A DNA stretch of 64,000 bases from a virus. The translations under genes and the position numbers were made by a program. Under the pieces are notes generated by a model, which was not told the DNA's origin, searched no databases, and worked only from the letters and a program-made list of their open reading frames with translations. Each line of letters starts with the position of its first letter. The stretch's first letter is position 1. The stretch lies in the IMG/VR virus record IMGVR_UViG_3300046370_000603. The stretch is one strand, 5' to 3'. This document shows, piece after piece, positions 9,002 through 19,562 of the stretch.

Positions 9002-10540
9002 ATGAAATTATTTGATTTCGAGCAGGAGAGAATTTTTTTAGCAGGAATGTTAAGTTACAGCGACTTATTTGTTTCTGAAATTTCTCATTTCGTAAGCGCT
9101 GAAGATTTTTATAGTAAAGATTCTGTAGTTCATAAAACAATTTTTTTAAAAATAAAAGCCCTACTAGATGAACAAAAAGTCGTAGACATATCATTGCTTT
9201 CGCACCATTTGTCTTGCCTAAATATATCTTTTCAGGACAATATTAAAATCCCCGACTATCTTGAATCTATAGATTTGCTTTCTTCAAACCTGTCTGAAGA
9301 TATTTTCAAGAATGCAGCTGAAGTTATAAAATTATTAAGCGTTAGAAGAGAACTAAAGGTTACTGGCGAGAAAATCTCTAAGTCTATGTCTTCCCTAGAT
9401 TCAACTGTTTCTTATGATGAAATTATTGAAACTTGTGATTCAATTTATAATGAAAAAATTGAATTATATGAAAACTCCTCTGGAAAAGCTGTAAATCTAT
9501 TTAATATTTTACCTGATTTAGTTTATGAACGAGCTAATGACAGGTCCATCTTTAAAGATACTGGTCCTGAAGGACCACACCCTAGTTTAAATAAATTATG
9601 TGGATCATTAAATAAAGGTGGTCACATAACAATTGTCTGTGCGGGCTCTGGAGTAGGTAAAACTCAATTCACTACGCATTACTGCATGTGTTTAGCTGGA
9701 AAACATAAGATTCCAGTACTGCATTTAGATAATGGTGAAATGAGCGAAGAAGAAATTGCATTTAGAATGTTAGCCTCTTATTCAAATGTCCCTCTTTATT
9801 TAATTGAAAGTGGCGACTGGGCAGATGATTCAAATTTAAAACCACGCGTAGAATCTGCCTTAACTAAGATTAGTAATGGAGATATTATATATGATTATTA
9901 TAACGTTGGTGGAAAATGCACGGATGAAATTATCTCTTATATAAAAAGATATTATTATTCTCAAATAGGCAGGGGTAACCAATTAATTATTAATTTTGAT
10001 TATATTAAATCAAGTTTTGAGTCTACTAGTAAATTTAAAACTGAGTATCAAATTGTAGGGGAAATGGTAGACAAATTCAAAAAATTAATTCAAAGAGATC
10101 TTGTTTTTGAAGGAAGACCTATGGTTTCTTTAATGACCAGTGTGCAAGCCAATAGAATTGGAACAGTTGGCAACAGAAATTCAGATGCAGTAGTAGATGA
10201 CGAAAGCGTAATATCTTTAAGTCACAGAATAAAACAATTTTGTTCTCACATGCTGATCTTACGCAATAAAACTATTGATGAATTACAGTCTGATCCAGTT
10301 TTTTGCGGTAGGCATATTATGAAAATTGAAAAAGCTAGAAATCATGGCTCTGATACTGCTCGTTTGCAAAATTTAGTAGAAATGCCTGATGGGTCAATGA
10401 AAAAAAACTATATCAACCTTGATTTTAATAACTTTAAAATAAAAGATTGTGGTGATTTGGTAGACTTGCTTGAGCAAGGTCAAACTATTAATACTTTAGA
10501 CACTTCCCCAAATTCTCAAGATGGAGAGCTGCCAATTTAA
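9002..10540 (+). CDS. dnaB: Replicative DNA helicase, DnaB family
   Basis: N-terminal AEDFY...HKTIF domain, Walker A AGSGVGKT, NGEMSEEE, FDYI, QANR, KARN. Confidence 0.9.
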   Translation: MKLFDFEQERIFLAGMLSYSDLFVSEISHFVSAEDFYSKDSVVHKTIFLKIKALLDEQKVVDISLLSHHLSCLNISFQDNIKIPDYLESIDLLSSNLSEDIFKNAAEVIKLLSVRRELKVTGEKISKSMSSLDSTVSYDEIIETCDSIYNEKIELYENSSGKAVNLFNILPDLVYERANDRSIFKDTGPEGPHPSLNKLCGSLNKGGHITIVCAGSGVGKTQFTTHYCMCLAGKHKIPVLHLDNGEMSEEEIAFRMLASYSNVPLYLIESGDWADDSNLKPRVESALTKISNGDIIYDYYNVGGKCTDEIISYIKRYYYSQIGRGNQLIINFDYIKSSFESTSKFKTEYQIVGEMVDKFKKLIQRDLVFEGRPMVSLMTSVQANRIGTVGNRNSDAVVDDESVISLSHRIKQFCSHMLILRNKTIDELQSDPVFCGRHIMKIEKARNHGSDTARLQNLVEMPDGSMKKNYINLDFNNFKIKDCGDLVDLLEQGQTINTLDTSPNSQDGELPI

Positions 10541-11602
10541 ATGAACAATCCTCAACAAATTGAAAGTGTTTTAAGAGACTTAGAGTATCCGCTTCTTGAT
10601 CGCGGGGAATACTGGCAATCAACAGCTGTTTACCGAGGTGGCGACAACCCTCAGGCTGTTCAAATTTTTAAAGGTAGTGGAGTTTGGAAAGATTATGTCA
10701 CGGGTGACTCTTACATGCCTTTCTCAGTTTTAATCGAGAAAACTGTTGGAAGTTCTGCGGCTAAAGAAATTTTATCCAATACTAATCTCAGTGATAGAAT
10801 TGAAAATAATAAAATATCTTCGCATTTAAAATCTGAGACTACTTTTAATTCTAAAGAGTTTGAGAATCTACTTCCTCATTATAAATTCTACAACAACAAA
10901 GGTATCAGCGATGAAACTTTAAATTTTTTTAATTCAGGAATGTGTACTGCGGGTGCAATGTACCAAAGATATGTTTTTCCTATTTTTAATAAATTTCAAA
11001 AAATTCATGGGGTTGCTGGTAGAGACATGTCGCAATCTAGCAATAGACCAAAATGGAAGCACATGGGAAAGAAAAGTTCATGGGCTTATCCATTATATAA
11101 TTTTGATCGCCTTACTAATTCTTTTCCGATTTTAAATAGCATTCAAGAATCCAAAGAAATTATTTTAGTGGAGAGTGTTGGCGACATGCTTTCTCTATAC
11201 GAGCGAGGTTTTAAAAATTGCTTGGTGACGTTTGGAACTTCTTTGTCCCCTCATTTATGCTCTATTATCATGGGGTTAAATCCTAAAAACATATGCATCT
11301 CATTGAACAACGACAATCAGAAATCTAGAAATATCGGAAAAGAGTCTGCGATTAAATTATTTTTAAAGCTTTTAAGCTATTTCTCTGCTGAAAAAATAAG
11401 AATATGCTTACCTACTAAAAATGATTTTGGAGATATGAATGCTGCAGATTTTGATAATTGGTTAATTAAAAAAGAAATTAATTACGCTTCTCATAAAAAA
11501 ATATGCAATCAAGTTTTGAACTATTCTAAAAAACTTTTTTCTAATAAGATTTTATCGAAAAATTTATTTAATAATATAAAATATTTGTCTGAATATGAGT
11601 AA
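10541..11602 (+). CDS. DNA primase (TOPRIM)
   Basis: RYVFPI...GVAGR...PKW, IILVESVGDMLSL, LNND, NDFGDM; directly follows dnaB. Confidence 0.85.
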   Translation: MNNPQQIESVLRDLEYPLLDRGEYWQSTAVYRGGDNPQAVQIFKGSGVWKDYVTGDSYMPFSVLIEKTVGSSAAKEILSNTNLSDRIENNKISSHLKSETTFNSKEFENLLPHYKFYNNKGISDETLNFFNSGMCTAGAMYQRYVFPIFNKFQKIHGVAGRDMSQSSNRPKWKHMGKKSSWAYPLYNFDRLTNSFPILNSIQESKEIILVESVGDMLSLYERGFKNCLVTFGTSLSPHLCSIIMGLNPKNICISLNNDNQKSRNIGKESAIKLFLKLLSYFSAEKIRICLPTKNDFGDMNAADFDNWLIKKEINYASHKKICNQVLNYSKKLFSNKILSKNLFNNIKYLSEYE

Positions 11603-12659
11603 GAAAGTTAGATTATCAGCGAGTAGAATTTCCACGGTAGAAAAGTGCTCGTGGGTTTATTGGTGCAAATATATCAATCAAATCCCAGATTCATCTAATT
11701 CAGGAGCTTCTAAAGGTAGTGTGTGTCATAATATATTTGAATACCTAGGTAAAGATAGACATAAAAAGCATTATAATAATATTATAAAACAAAATTCTAT
11801 CTCGGGCTCAAAAGCAGTATTAAAATTAGTTGAGACTCAAGCTCGACTACAAGATCCTCCAGTTAATTCTGCGGAAGATTTAGATATGATCGACGCTTTC
11901 ATTGTGAATGGCTTAAATCATGATTTTTACGGAGATTCAAACGAAAAACCTTTTGAAGCTTTATCGGAAAAAACTTTTGACATCGAGATCGATGATGGTG
12001 ACAAACATTATTATATATATGGTTTTATAGATAAGTTATTTTTGTACGATAAAGGTAAGAGAGCTGTTATTAGGGATTTTAAAACTAGTAAAAAAGTTTA
12101 TGTTGGAAAAGAAATTACTAATAATTTACAAAATTTAATTTATTGTTTGGCAGTTAAAAAAATGTACCCCAACTGCGAAGAGCTTCAAACAGAATTCCTT
12201 TTTTTAAAATTTGATTTAGAATCTGATTTATTAGGTTTAGACGGAGAGGGTGTACTAAAAATGGAACCCATGTCACTTAATGAGCTTGATGGATTTGAGT
12301 ATCACTTAACAGAAATTCAATCTTATCTAGATAACTTTAATTATAACACTGCTTGCTCTAATTTTGCTGCAGACCAGCCATACCCCGAAGACAAGAGTTT
12401 CTCTGGTCCGCTATCTTGCGGATTTGCTAAACAGCCAGGTCAACTTAAAAAAGATGGAACACCTATGTGGCATTGTAATTATAAGTTTCCTTTTGATTTT
12501 TTTGCCCTGAAAGATTCGGATGGTAATATAATTAAAACCGCCAAAGAAGGTGAAGAGCATAAATTATCACCAGATGACAGTGTGGGGGAATATTTAGAAA
12601 AAATGCATTACGAAGGTTGTCCAAAATTTAATACTCAAAAAGATAGTTTTGATTTATAG
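11595..12659 (+). CDS. PD-(D/E)xK exonuclease (RecB/AddB/Cas4-like)
   Basis: LSASRI...C, GSVCHNIFE, GFIDKL...IRDFKTSK. Confidence 0.8.
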   Translation: MSKKVRLSASRISTVEKCSWVYWCKYINQIPDSSNSGASKGSVCHNIFEYLGKDRHKKHYNNIIKQNSISGSKAVLKLVETQARLQDPPVNSAEDLDMIDAFIVNGLNHDFYGDSNEKPFEALSEKTFDIEIDDGDKHYYIYGFIDKLFLYDKGKRAVIRDFKTSKKVYVGKEITNNLQNLIYCLAVKKMYPNCEELQTEFLFLKFDLESDLLGLDGEGVLKMEPMSLNELDGFEYHLTEIQSYLDNFNYNTACSNFAADQPYPEDKSFSGPLSCGFAKQPGQLKKDGTPMWHCNYKFPFDFFALKDSDGNIIKTAKEGEEHKLSPDDSVGEYLEKMHYEGCPKFNTQKDSFDL

Positions 12660-12677
12660 TTTGTGTATACATTCTAT

Positions 12678-12986
12678 GTGAAACTCATTATTGAATCTAA
12701 TTTATGTGAGCCGCCTAGTCAAATTTATCCTTTTAGAGATGTTACTCTATACGCAAAGACGTATATTTTTGACGATGTTTTATTAAAATGCAAGCAAGGA
12801 ACTAGAACTATGTACTGGAATTGGTTAAAGCAATACGGGGCTCATGATTTCATATCATACTTGATACGAGATTTTGAAAATGAAGATGGGTTTTTAATCG
12901 GTCAATCAAGATCAAATCTTAATGTTGAAAAAATTTCTTATGATAATATTGAATATATTATCTCAGTTCTAAAATCTCTTAGATAA
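12678..12986 (+). CDS. Hypothetical protein (start reassigned to GTG 12678)
   Basis: The track's start at 12663 is itself the GTGTA motif; an in-frame GTG lies 15 nt later. Confidence 0.55.
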   Translation: MKLIIESNLCEPPSQIYPFRDVTLYAKTYIFDDVLLKCKQGTRTMYWNWLKQYGAHDFISYLIRDFENEDGFLIGQSRSNLNVEKISYDNIEYIISVLKSLR

Positions 12987-12989
12987 AGC

Positions 12990-13018
12990 TTGACTTTTAA
13001 TTGGTTTTTTGGTAAACT
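12990..13018 (+). promoter_or_regulatory. sigma70-type promoter of the split Pol III operon
   Basis: TTGACT(12990)-17-TAAACT(13013). Confidence 0.65.
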
Positions 13019-13029
13019 AAACAGATTAT

Positions 13030-13785
13030 ATGTTACCTTTATTTAAGTCTCATTATAGTATAGGCAAAAGTATTTTAACCCTAAATCCTCCAGGCTCTCC
13101 TAACTCTTCAGGCTCTGATTCGATTTTTGATATTTTATTAGAAAATGATTTAAAGCAGTTCGTTCTTATAGAGGATGCTCCAACTGGTTTTCTTCAGGCA
13201 AGAAAAATATCTTTAGAAGAAAATATTCATTTGGTATTCGGGTTAAGGCTTATGATTAAATGTGATTCGGAAACCGAGTCTCCCTCTGTTCATAAAGTTA
13301 TTGTTTTAGCTAAAAATGATGAGGGTTGCAAGAAACTAAATTTGATATATAGCTCAATTCATTGCGATTTTGATGGCGTTGGAACCTTTAAATGTCTCAA
13401 AAAGTTTTGGAATAATGATGATTTAATTCTAGCTATTCCTTTTTATGATTCTTTTTTATATCAAAATAGTTTTTTGTTCTCAAACTGCTTGCCAAATTTT
13501 TCTTTTACTGATCCTATCTTTTTTTTAGAGAATAACAATTTACCTACTGACCTTATTTTAAATAAAATTGTTAATAAATTTTGCAAAGATAATGGTTTTA
13601 AAACCGAATTAACTAAAAGCATTTTCTACAAAAATCGAGAAGATGCAGATGCCTTGCAGACTTATAAATGCATTTGCAATCGAGGTTTCTTAAAAAAAAG
13701 CTCTCTATCTAAGCCTAACCTTGAAGGCTTTGGAAGTCGTGAGTTTTGTTTTGAAAGTTGGAAGGAAAATTACAATGAACTCTAA
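13030..13785 (+). CDS. Stand-alone, degenerate PHP domain of DNA polymerase III alpha
   Basis: KSHYSIGKS, VFGLRL and HKVIVLAKNDEGCKKL resemble the DnaE PHP (H-x-H-x-x-YS, HLxLLAKNxxGYxNL). Confidence 0.8.
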   Translation: MLPLFKSHYSIGKSILTLNPPGSPNSSGSDSIFDILLENDLKQFVLIEDAPTGFLQARKISLEENIHLVFGLRLMIKCDSETESPSVHKVIVLAKNDEGCKKLNLIYSSIHCDFDGVGTFKCLKKFWNNDDLILAIPFYDSFLYQNSFLFSNCLPNFSFTDPIFFLENNNLPTDLILNKIVNKFCKDNGFKTELTKSIFYKNREDADALQTYKCICNRGFLKKSSLSKPNLEGFGSREFCFESWKENYNEL

Positions 13786-14413
13786 TTTATTAAGATTTAA
13801 AAAAAATAAGAAATTTATAGTTTTTGACTATGAAACTTGCAGCTTAAATTTAGCATCCTTAGATAATAAACCTTGGCAATTAGCTTTTTTAATTTGCAGT
13901 CACGATAAAATCGAAAAAAAATATGATTTTTATTTACGCTGGAATGATTTAAAAATTTCTGATGGAGCAAAGCAAGTAACTGGATTCAAAGAGTCTGTTT
14001 ATCAAAAACGAGCTACAGACCCTTTGGAAGTTTTAAATTTATTTGAAAGTTATATTTATAATCCTGACTATTATATAGTCGGTCATAACATTATAGGTTT
14101 TGATATTTTCATTCACAACATTCATCGATTATTATGCGGAAAACGCTCTGATTATTCTTATGTAGATAGATTAATAGATACGAATTGTATAGCTAAAGCT
14201 AACGCTCTTGACATTGAGTATGATGAAACTGATCTAACGCTGTGGCAATTTAAACTTCAAAAAATAAAGAAGAGAGGTTTAAAAACTAATTTAAAATCTC
14301 TTTGTGAGAAATTTAAAATAGATTTTGACGAAAACAAACTTCATGATGCGCTTTACGATATTGAGCAAAACTTCAAAGTATTTAAATCAATGATTTGGAA
14401 ATCAAACATATAA
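13775..14413 (+). CDS. DEDDh 3'-5' exonuclease (DnaQ/epsilon-like)
   Basis: ExoI FDYET, ExoII HNIIGFD, ExoIII HDALYD; ATG at 13775. Confidence 0.9.
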   Translation: MNSNLLRFKKNKKFIVFDYETCSLNLASLDNKPWQLAFLICSHDKIEKKYDFYLRWNDLKISDGAKQVTGFKESVYQKRATDPLEVLNLFESYIYNPDYYIVGHNIIGFDIFIHNIHRLLCGKRSDYSYVDRLIDTNCIAKANALDIEYDETDLTLWQFKLQKIKKRGLKTNLKSLCEKFKIDFDENKLHDALYDIEQNFKVFKSMIWKSNI

Positions 14414-16953
14414 TGAAAAATTTTTTTAATAATTTTACTGAATATAAAAATTGTGTACCCCCTGGAGTTCGCCTACCCCAAATCGAAATAGATAAAAAAT
14501 ACTACGAACGCCTAAATTTAAAAGATGATGTTGATAATTTTACTTTTTTAAAGAATTTGTGTGATAAAAAATTAAAAGAAAATAGTTTAGGTAAAAATTA
14601 TTCTGCCAGATTATCTTCAGAACTCGAAATTTTAAACAAACTTGGTTTCACAGATTATATTCTTTTGAATTGGGATATTATTAACTTTTGTCATGAAAAT
14701 AATATTCCCGTCGGACCTGGTCGAGGGTCAGCTGCAGGATCATTAGTCTTATTTTTAATCGGTGTTACCAGCATTGACCCCGTAAAGTATGAACTATTTT
14801 TCGAACGATTTGTTTCAGAAAGTCGAGCAAAAAAAATTGAAGTAGATGGAATAACATATCTTGACGGAAGCTTATTAGCTGACGTTGATAATGATATTGC
14901 TTACGAGCATAGGCAAAAAGTTATTGATTACATTGAAGCGAAAAACCCCTCAAGAACTTCAAAAATTTTAACCTTAAACAGTTTAAGCAGCAAGCTATGC
15001 ATTAAAGAATGCGGAAAAATTGTCAGTGAGTTTTCTGAAAAAGATGTTAATGCTGTGAGTGACCTAATACCCAAGAAATTTGGTAAAGTTTTTTCTTTGG
15101 AAAAAGCTACTGAAGAAAGTGAAAGGTTTTTATCTTGGTCAAAAGAAAATCCTGAGTGCTTTAAAATAGCTCGAAAACTCGAAGGCTTATATAAAAATAC
15201 AGGAGTCCACCCTTCTGGCATTGCAATATCATTCTTTAAAATCTCTGAAATTTGCCCTCTTCAATCCACCAATGATGGCTCAATTATTACTGGTTACGAC
15301 ATGAATTGGGTCTCTGAACTCATGGTAAAGTTCGATATTCTTGGGTTAAGAACATTGAGTGTTATTTACGATGTGTGTAATAATATTAACGTAGATATTA
15401 AAAAAGTTAATTTAGACGATCCTTCAATTTACTTACCTCTTCAAGAAAGCTTAAGATCTCCACATGGTCTTTTTCAAATTGAAGCTGATACTAATTTTCG
15501 CGTATGCAAAACCGTGAAACCCAAAAGTTTAGAGCAGCTTAGCGCGGTTATAGCGATTGCTCGTCCAGGGGCTTTGGAGTTTACAGAACTTTATGCTGAA
15601 TACGTAAAAACAAATGACTCTAATGTTATTCATGATTTTTTTGCTGAAGAATTAAGCTACACAGGAGGCATACCTTTATACCAAGAGCAGTTAATGAAAA
15701 TGGCTGTTAGGATTGGGTTCTCCCTTGACGAATCCGAACAATTAAGGAGAATCGTTGGAAAGAAAAAAGTTGATCAAATGTCTTTATGGCAAGATAAAAT
15801 TAAAGAAAAAGTTTCTTTAAATAATCTGCCACCTGAAGTTGGTGAAATATTATGGAAGGTCGCTGAAGATAGCGCAAATTATTCTTTTAATAAGAGTCAC
15901 TCTATAGCCTATTCTACGCTAGCAGCATGGACTACATTTTTAAAATTCAATTATACTCAAGAGTTTTTTCTAAGTTTGCTAAAAATGACAAAGTTTGAAC
16001 CAGCTCCTCAAGAAGAAATTAGTCAAATCAGCAAAGAATTATCCTTTTTTAATATAAAATTATTACCTCCAGATTTAGAGAGATCTGAAATGGATTTCTC
16101 TAAAGAAAACTCGGACATTAGATTTGGATTAAATAGCATCAAAGGTGTAAGTGAAAAATCTTTGCAATCTTTGAGTAAGTTTCGATCTAAAAAACAGCCT
16201 AATAAATTTAAAACTTTTGTTCAAGCAAAAGAGTCTGGTCTTAATATTGGTATACTTTCATCTTTGATTCAAGCTGGCTGCTTACCTAGTTATTCTTGCA
16301 GTCGATCCCTGCTTGCTCTAGAAGCGCAGTCCTTTAATCTTTTGACTGATCGCGAAAAAAAATTAACGATTGACCTAGCTCCCAAATATAATTATATGTT
16401 GCTAGATATTATCGCTGCCGCAAAAGAAGGTTTAATTGCTAAAGATGGCAAGCCTTTAATGAAGGAGTCTAGATTTAATACTTTTAAATCAAAATATGAA
16501 AAATATAAATCTATTTATTTACAAAATAAGCAGTATGAAAAATTTGCTAATTGGTATTTTGAAAGTAAGCTTTTGGGTTATAGTTATAGTAGTGACTTAA
16601 AATCTGTATTCAATGATTCTGAAATTATATATAATTCAAATGATTTTTATAATAATGATTCTTGCAGAGGGAAATTTATTGGAATTGTTTTTGATTATTA
16701 TAAAGGCACTAGCAGAAATGGTAATAAATATGTAAAACTTATATTACATGATGAATATGGTAAATACCCAGTAATGTTCATGGATAATTCAAGAGGCGCT
16801 AAATACAGTGAATATTTAGATTCTGGAAAAAAACTTCCAGAAAAAGATGATATAATAGGTGTAATTGGTTCTAAGTTTTCGGACATTATTTTCGCTGACA
16901 ATATTTTACCTTTGCAAGAAAAAATTTACATGAAATTAGGAGACATCAGATAA
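14413..16953 (+). CDS. dnaE: DNA polymerase III alpha catalytic core lacking the PHP domain
   Basis: GPGRGSAAGSL, FFERF, DVDND, GVHPSG, KFDILGLRTL, YQEQLM, YSFNKSH, IRFGLNSIKGV, C-terminal OB fold; TAATG-coupled to the exonuclease. Confidence 0.93.
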   Translation: MKNFFNNFTEYKNCVPPGVRLPQIEIDKKYYERLNLKDDVDNFTFLKNLCDKKLKENSLGKNYSARLSSELEILNKLGFTDYILLNWDIINFCHENNIPVGPGRGSAAGSLVLFLIGVTSIDPVKYELFFERFVSESRAKKIEVDGITYLDGSLLADVDNDIAYEHRQKVIDYIEAKNPSRTSKILTLNSLSSKLCIKECGKIVSEFSEKDVNAVSDLIPKKFGKVFSLEKATEESERFLSWSKENPECFKIARKLEGLYKNTGVHPSGIAISFFKISEICPLQSTNDGSIITGYDMNWVSELMVKFDILGLRTLSVIYDVCNNINVDIKKVNLDDPSIYLPLQESLRSPHGLFQIEADTNFRVCKTVKPKSLEQLSAVIAIARPGALEFTELYAEYVKTNDSNVIHDFFAEELSYTGGIPLYQEQLMKMAVRIGFSLDESEQLRRIVGKKKVDQMSLWQDKIKEKVSLNNLPPEVGEILWKVAEDSANYSFNKSHSIAYSTLAAWTTFLKFNYTQEFFLSLLKMTKFEPAPQEEISQISKELSFFNIKLLPPDLERSEMDFSKENSDIRFGLNSIKGVSEKSLQSLSKFRSKKQPNKFKTFVQAKESGLNIGILSSLIQAGCLPSYSCSRSLLALEAQSFNLLTDREKKLTIDLAPKYNYMLLDIIAAAKEGLIAKDGKPLMKESRFNTFKSKYEKYKSIYLQNKQYEKFANWYFESKLLGYSYSSDLKSVFNDSEIIYNSNDFYNNDSCRGKFIGIVFDYYKGTSRNGNKYVKLILHDEYGKYPVMFMDNSRGAKYSEYLDSGKKLPEKDDIIGVIGSKFSDIIFADNILPLQEKIYMKLGDIR

Positions 16954-19409
16954 TGGATATACTTCCAAACTTTACCCCTCGCGTTCAACAAGCAATTAAA
17001 ATTGCCAAAAATTTGTGTGTTGATTCTAGGATTAATTTAGTTGAACCAATACATTTAGTGTATGGAATTTTTAAAGTTCAAGATAGTTTGTTTTATTCTA
17101 TGGGCGGAGAGTCTGCGTTTTCCATGCAAGATTTAAAAAATAAAACCCTAGAGTTCCCTGCTTCTTTTTTGCCCAACGATCAAAGAGTTGATATCTCTTA
17201 TTCAAAAAGCTTTAAAATTTTATTAAGAGAGTCTTCTAAATTAGCCATGACTTATGGACATGATTACGTTGGGGTTGAGCATATCTTTTTATCTTTACGA
17301 TCTAACCCTAACGTTCAAAATCTATTTTTAAGTTTTAATTTGGAACCTAATTCTATTTTTGATGCTGTTCAATTGTCTCTTGAAGGCGACGTCGAAGAAA
17401 AGCGTAAAGATTTAAAGAAATTTTTAAACAAAACTAAGGATCGCAAATCAAATCCTTCTCCAAAAAAAGATCTTGAGCCAAGCTCTTTAGATCAGTTTTC
17501 TATTAATTATTCCGCATTAGCCAGTGAAGGTAAATTTGATCAAGTCGTAAATCGAGAAGAAGAAATCGACCAAGTAATTGAAATTTTATGTCGCCGTGTA
17601 AAAAATAATCCAATCATTTTAGGCGAAGCGGGGGTGGGAAAAACAGCCTTAATAGAAGGTTTGGCTCAAAGAATAGTATCGAAGCAAGTGCCTGATATAC
17701 TTTTAAACTCTCAAGTTCTTGGGTTAAATCTAAATAGTGTTATTGCAGGAACTAAATATCGAGGTCAGTTCGAAGAACGTTTGAAAGAAATTTTAAAACA
17801 AGTTCAATCTTCTGATTATAATATTTTATTTATTGATGAAATTCATACTTTAATGGGAGCTGGAAATTCCGAAGGGGGAATGGATGCCGCAAATATTTTA
17901 AAACCTTTACTAGCTCGTGGAAATTTAAAATGCATTGGAGCTACCACGTTAAAAGAATTCAAGAACTCTATAGAAAAAGATTCGGCATTATCCAGGAGAT
18001 TCCAAACAGTTTTAGTTTCAGAACCTTCAAAAAAAGACTGTTTTAATATTTTGCAAAGCTTAGCGCCAGAATATGAATCTTTTCATCAAGTTAAATTTAG
18101 AAGAAATGCTCTAGAAGCTGCGGTAGAGCTTAGCTCTAGATATATCAATGATCGTTTTTTACCTGACAAGGCTATAGACATTATAGATGAAGCTGCCGCA
18201 AAAGCAAAAGTTAAAAATTTTAATCGCCCTCAAGAAATTTTAAATCTAGAATCTTCTTTGGAGTCTTTAATTGACCAAGAAGAATCAACTTCCGACAAAG
18301 ATAGGAAGCAAGTTTTAGGAGAATGCATTGATGATCTCTTTGAAAAATATCAAAAAATATTAGATGAGTGGCAAAAGACAATAGCTAAGAAAAAAATATA
18401 TATCACGAAGAATAATATAGAAGAAATTATTTCTCAAAAAGTTAAAATCCCACTTTCAATTATCTCTTCGACTTCAGATGATAAGTATCTAAAATTAGAA
18501 GGTAATCTTAAAAAAGAAATTATAGGACAAAATACTGCTGTTCAAAAAATTTGTCAATCCATTCAGAGAGCCGCTTGCGGATTGAATAACCCGAACAAAC
18601 CAGCGGGTGTTTTTCTTTTGTTGGGGAAAACTGGTACTGGTAAAACTTTAATGGCAAAAAAAATGTCTAAATTTATTTTTGGAGGAGAAGATAAAATTAT
18701 TAGAATTGATATGGGAGAGTTTTCAGATTCTGCCAGCTCTTCAAAAATTACAGGGTCATCACCTGGTTACGTCGGCTATGAAGAGGGTAGTAACTTAGTT
18801 GATCAAGTTCGCAAAAAGCCTTACAGCGTAGTTCTTTTTGATGAGATTGAAAAGGCTCATCCTGATGTATTAAAATCTCTTCTTTCAATATTAGATGAAG
18901 GAAAACTTTCTGATAACTATGGTAGAACAGCTGATTTTCAAAATTGCTTAATTATTTTAACTGGAAACTTGGGTAGTGACATCTTAGATAAACCTTCTCA
19001 ATCAGTCGGCTTCCTTTCTGCTGAAATAGATCAAGATATTGTCAACGAAAAAATTCATAAACTTGCTTGCAAACATTTCTCCCCTGAATTTGTTAATCGT
19101 ATAAGTGATATTATTATTTTTTCAAATTTTACCAATGATCACTATGAAGATATAATATCAATTTATATTAAAATGCTAAACAAAAGATTACAGGGTAAAA
19201 AGATTAAAATTAAAATTTCAAAAAACGTTTTAGATTTTTTACTTTTAAAGTTGCAAGAACTAAATTTGGGAGCAAGACCTATAGAAAGATTATTTAATCA
19301 ACATATAGAATCAGTCCTTTGTAAAAATATTTTGTCAAAAAAAATATCCGATAATGACTCTGTTGAGTTTGATTATAAAAATAATAAATTTATTTTCACA
19401 AAATTATAA
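16953..19409 (+). CDS. clpC: ClpC/ClpA-type AAA+ unfoldase
   Basis: Clp N-domain repeats, NBD1 GEAGVGKT and FIDEIH, coiled middle region, NBD2 GKTGTGKT and FDEIEKAH, ClpP-docking VGF loop (QSVGFL). Confidence 0.9.
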   Translation: MDILPNFTPRVQQAIKIAKNLCVDSRINLVEPIHLVYGIFKVQDSLFYSMGGESAFSMQDLKNKTLEFPASFLPNDQRVDISYSKSFKILLRESSKLAMTYGHDYVGVEHIFLSLRSNPNVQNLFLSFNLEPNSIFDAVQLSLEGDVEEKRKDLKKFLNKTKDRKSNPSPKKDLEPSSLDQFSINYSALASEGKFDQVVNREEEIDQVIEILCRRVKNNPIILGEAGVGKTALIEGLAQRIVSKQVPDILLNSQVLGLNLNSVIAGTKYRGQFEERLKEILKQVQSSDYNILFIDEIHTLMGAGNSEGGMDAANILKPLLARGNLKCIGATTLKEFKNSIEKDSALSRRFQTVLVSEPSKKDCFNILQSLAPEYESFHQVKFRRNALEAAVELSSRYINDRFLPDKAIDIIDEAAAKAKVKNFNRPQEILNLESSLESLIDQEESTSDKDRKQVLGECIDDLFEKYQKILDEWQKTIAKKKIYITKNNIEEIISQKVKIPLSIISSTSDDKYLKLEGNLKKEIIGQNTAVQKICQSIQRAACGLNNPNKPAGVFLLLGKTGTGKTLMAKKMSKFIFGGEDKIIRIDMGEFSDSASSSKITGSSPGYVGYEEGSNLVDQVRKKPYSVVLFDEIEKAHPDVLKSLLSILDEGKLSDNYGRTADFQNCLIILTGNLGSDILDKPSQSVGFLSAEIDQDIVNEKIHKLACKHFSPEFVNRISDIIIFSNFTNDHYEDIISIYIKMLNKRLQGKKIKIKISKNVLDFLLLKLQELNLGARPIERLFNQHIESVLCKNILSKKISDNDSVEFDYKNNKFIFTKL

Positions 19410-19475
19410 GCAACTTAAAATGATTACTATCGCTATCAAACTTAATATTTGTGGTGCAGAAACGTGATGTATCAT
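19404..19475 (-). CDS. Putative 23-aa hydrophobic micropeptide (MIHHVSAPQILSLIAIVIILSCL)
   Basis: Minus-strand ORF with a GTGTA motif exactly 14 nt upstream (19489). Confidence 0.35.
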   Translation of the reverse strand: MIHHVSAPQILSLIAIVIILSCL

Positions 19476-19562
19476 AATATGATATACACAAATATTTAAT
19501 TTATGTGTAATTAATTCAATTACTATGGTATATAGTATATAACTTGTTCTTTAAAATTTTAT

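Noticed and set aside
11595-12659. Cas4 implying a CRISPR system
   Set aside because: It sits in the replication block with no cas1/cas2 or array, so a phage recombination exonuclease is the simpler reading.
13690-13775. Programmed frameshift at the A8 run fusing PHP to the exonuclease
   Set aside because: The +1 frame does open at 13694, but the -1 frame stops at 13710. A-runs are common here, the exonuclease has its own ATG at 13775, and no stimulatory structure is evident.
13030-16953. Split-intein DnaE
   Set aside because: No intein N-terminal (C/S) or C-terminal (HN) motifs at the junctions, and no endonuclease insert.
16953-19409. ClpB disaggregase
   Set aside because: The VGF ClpP-binding loop and the shorter middle domain fit ClpC/ClpA.
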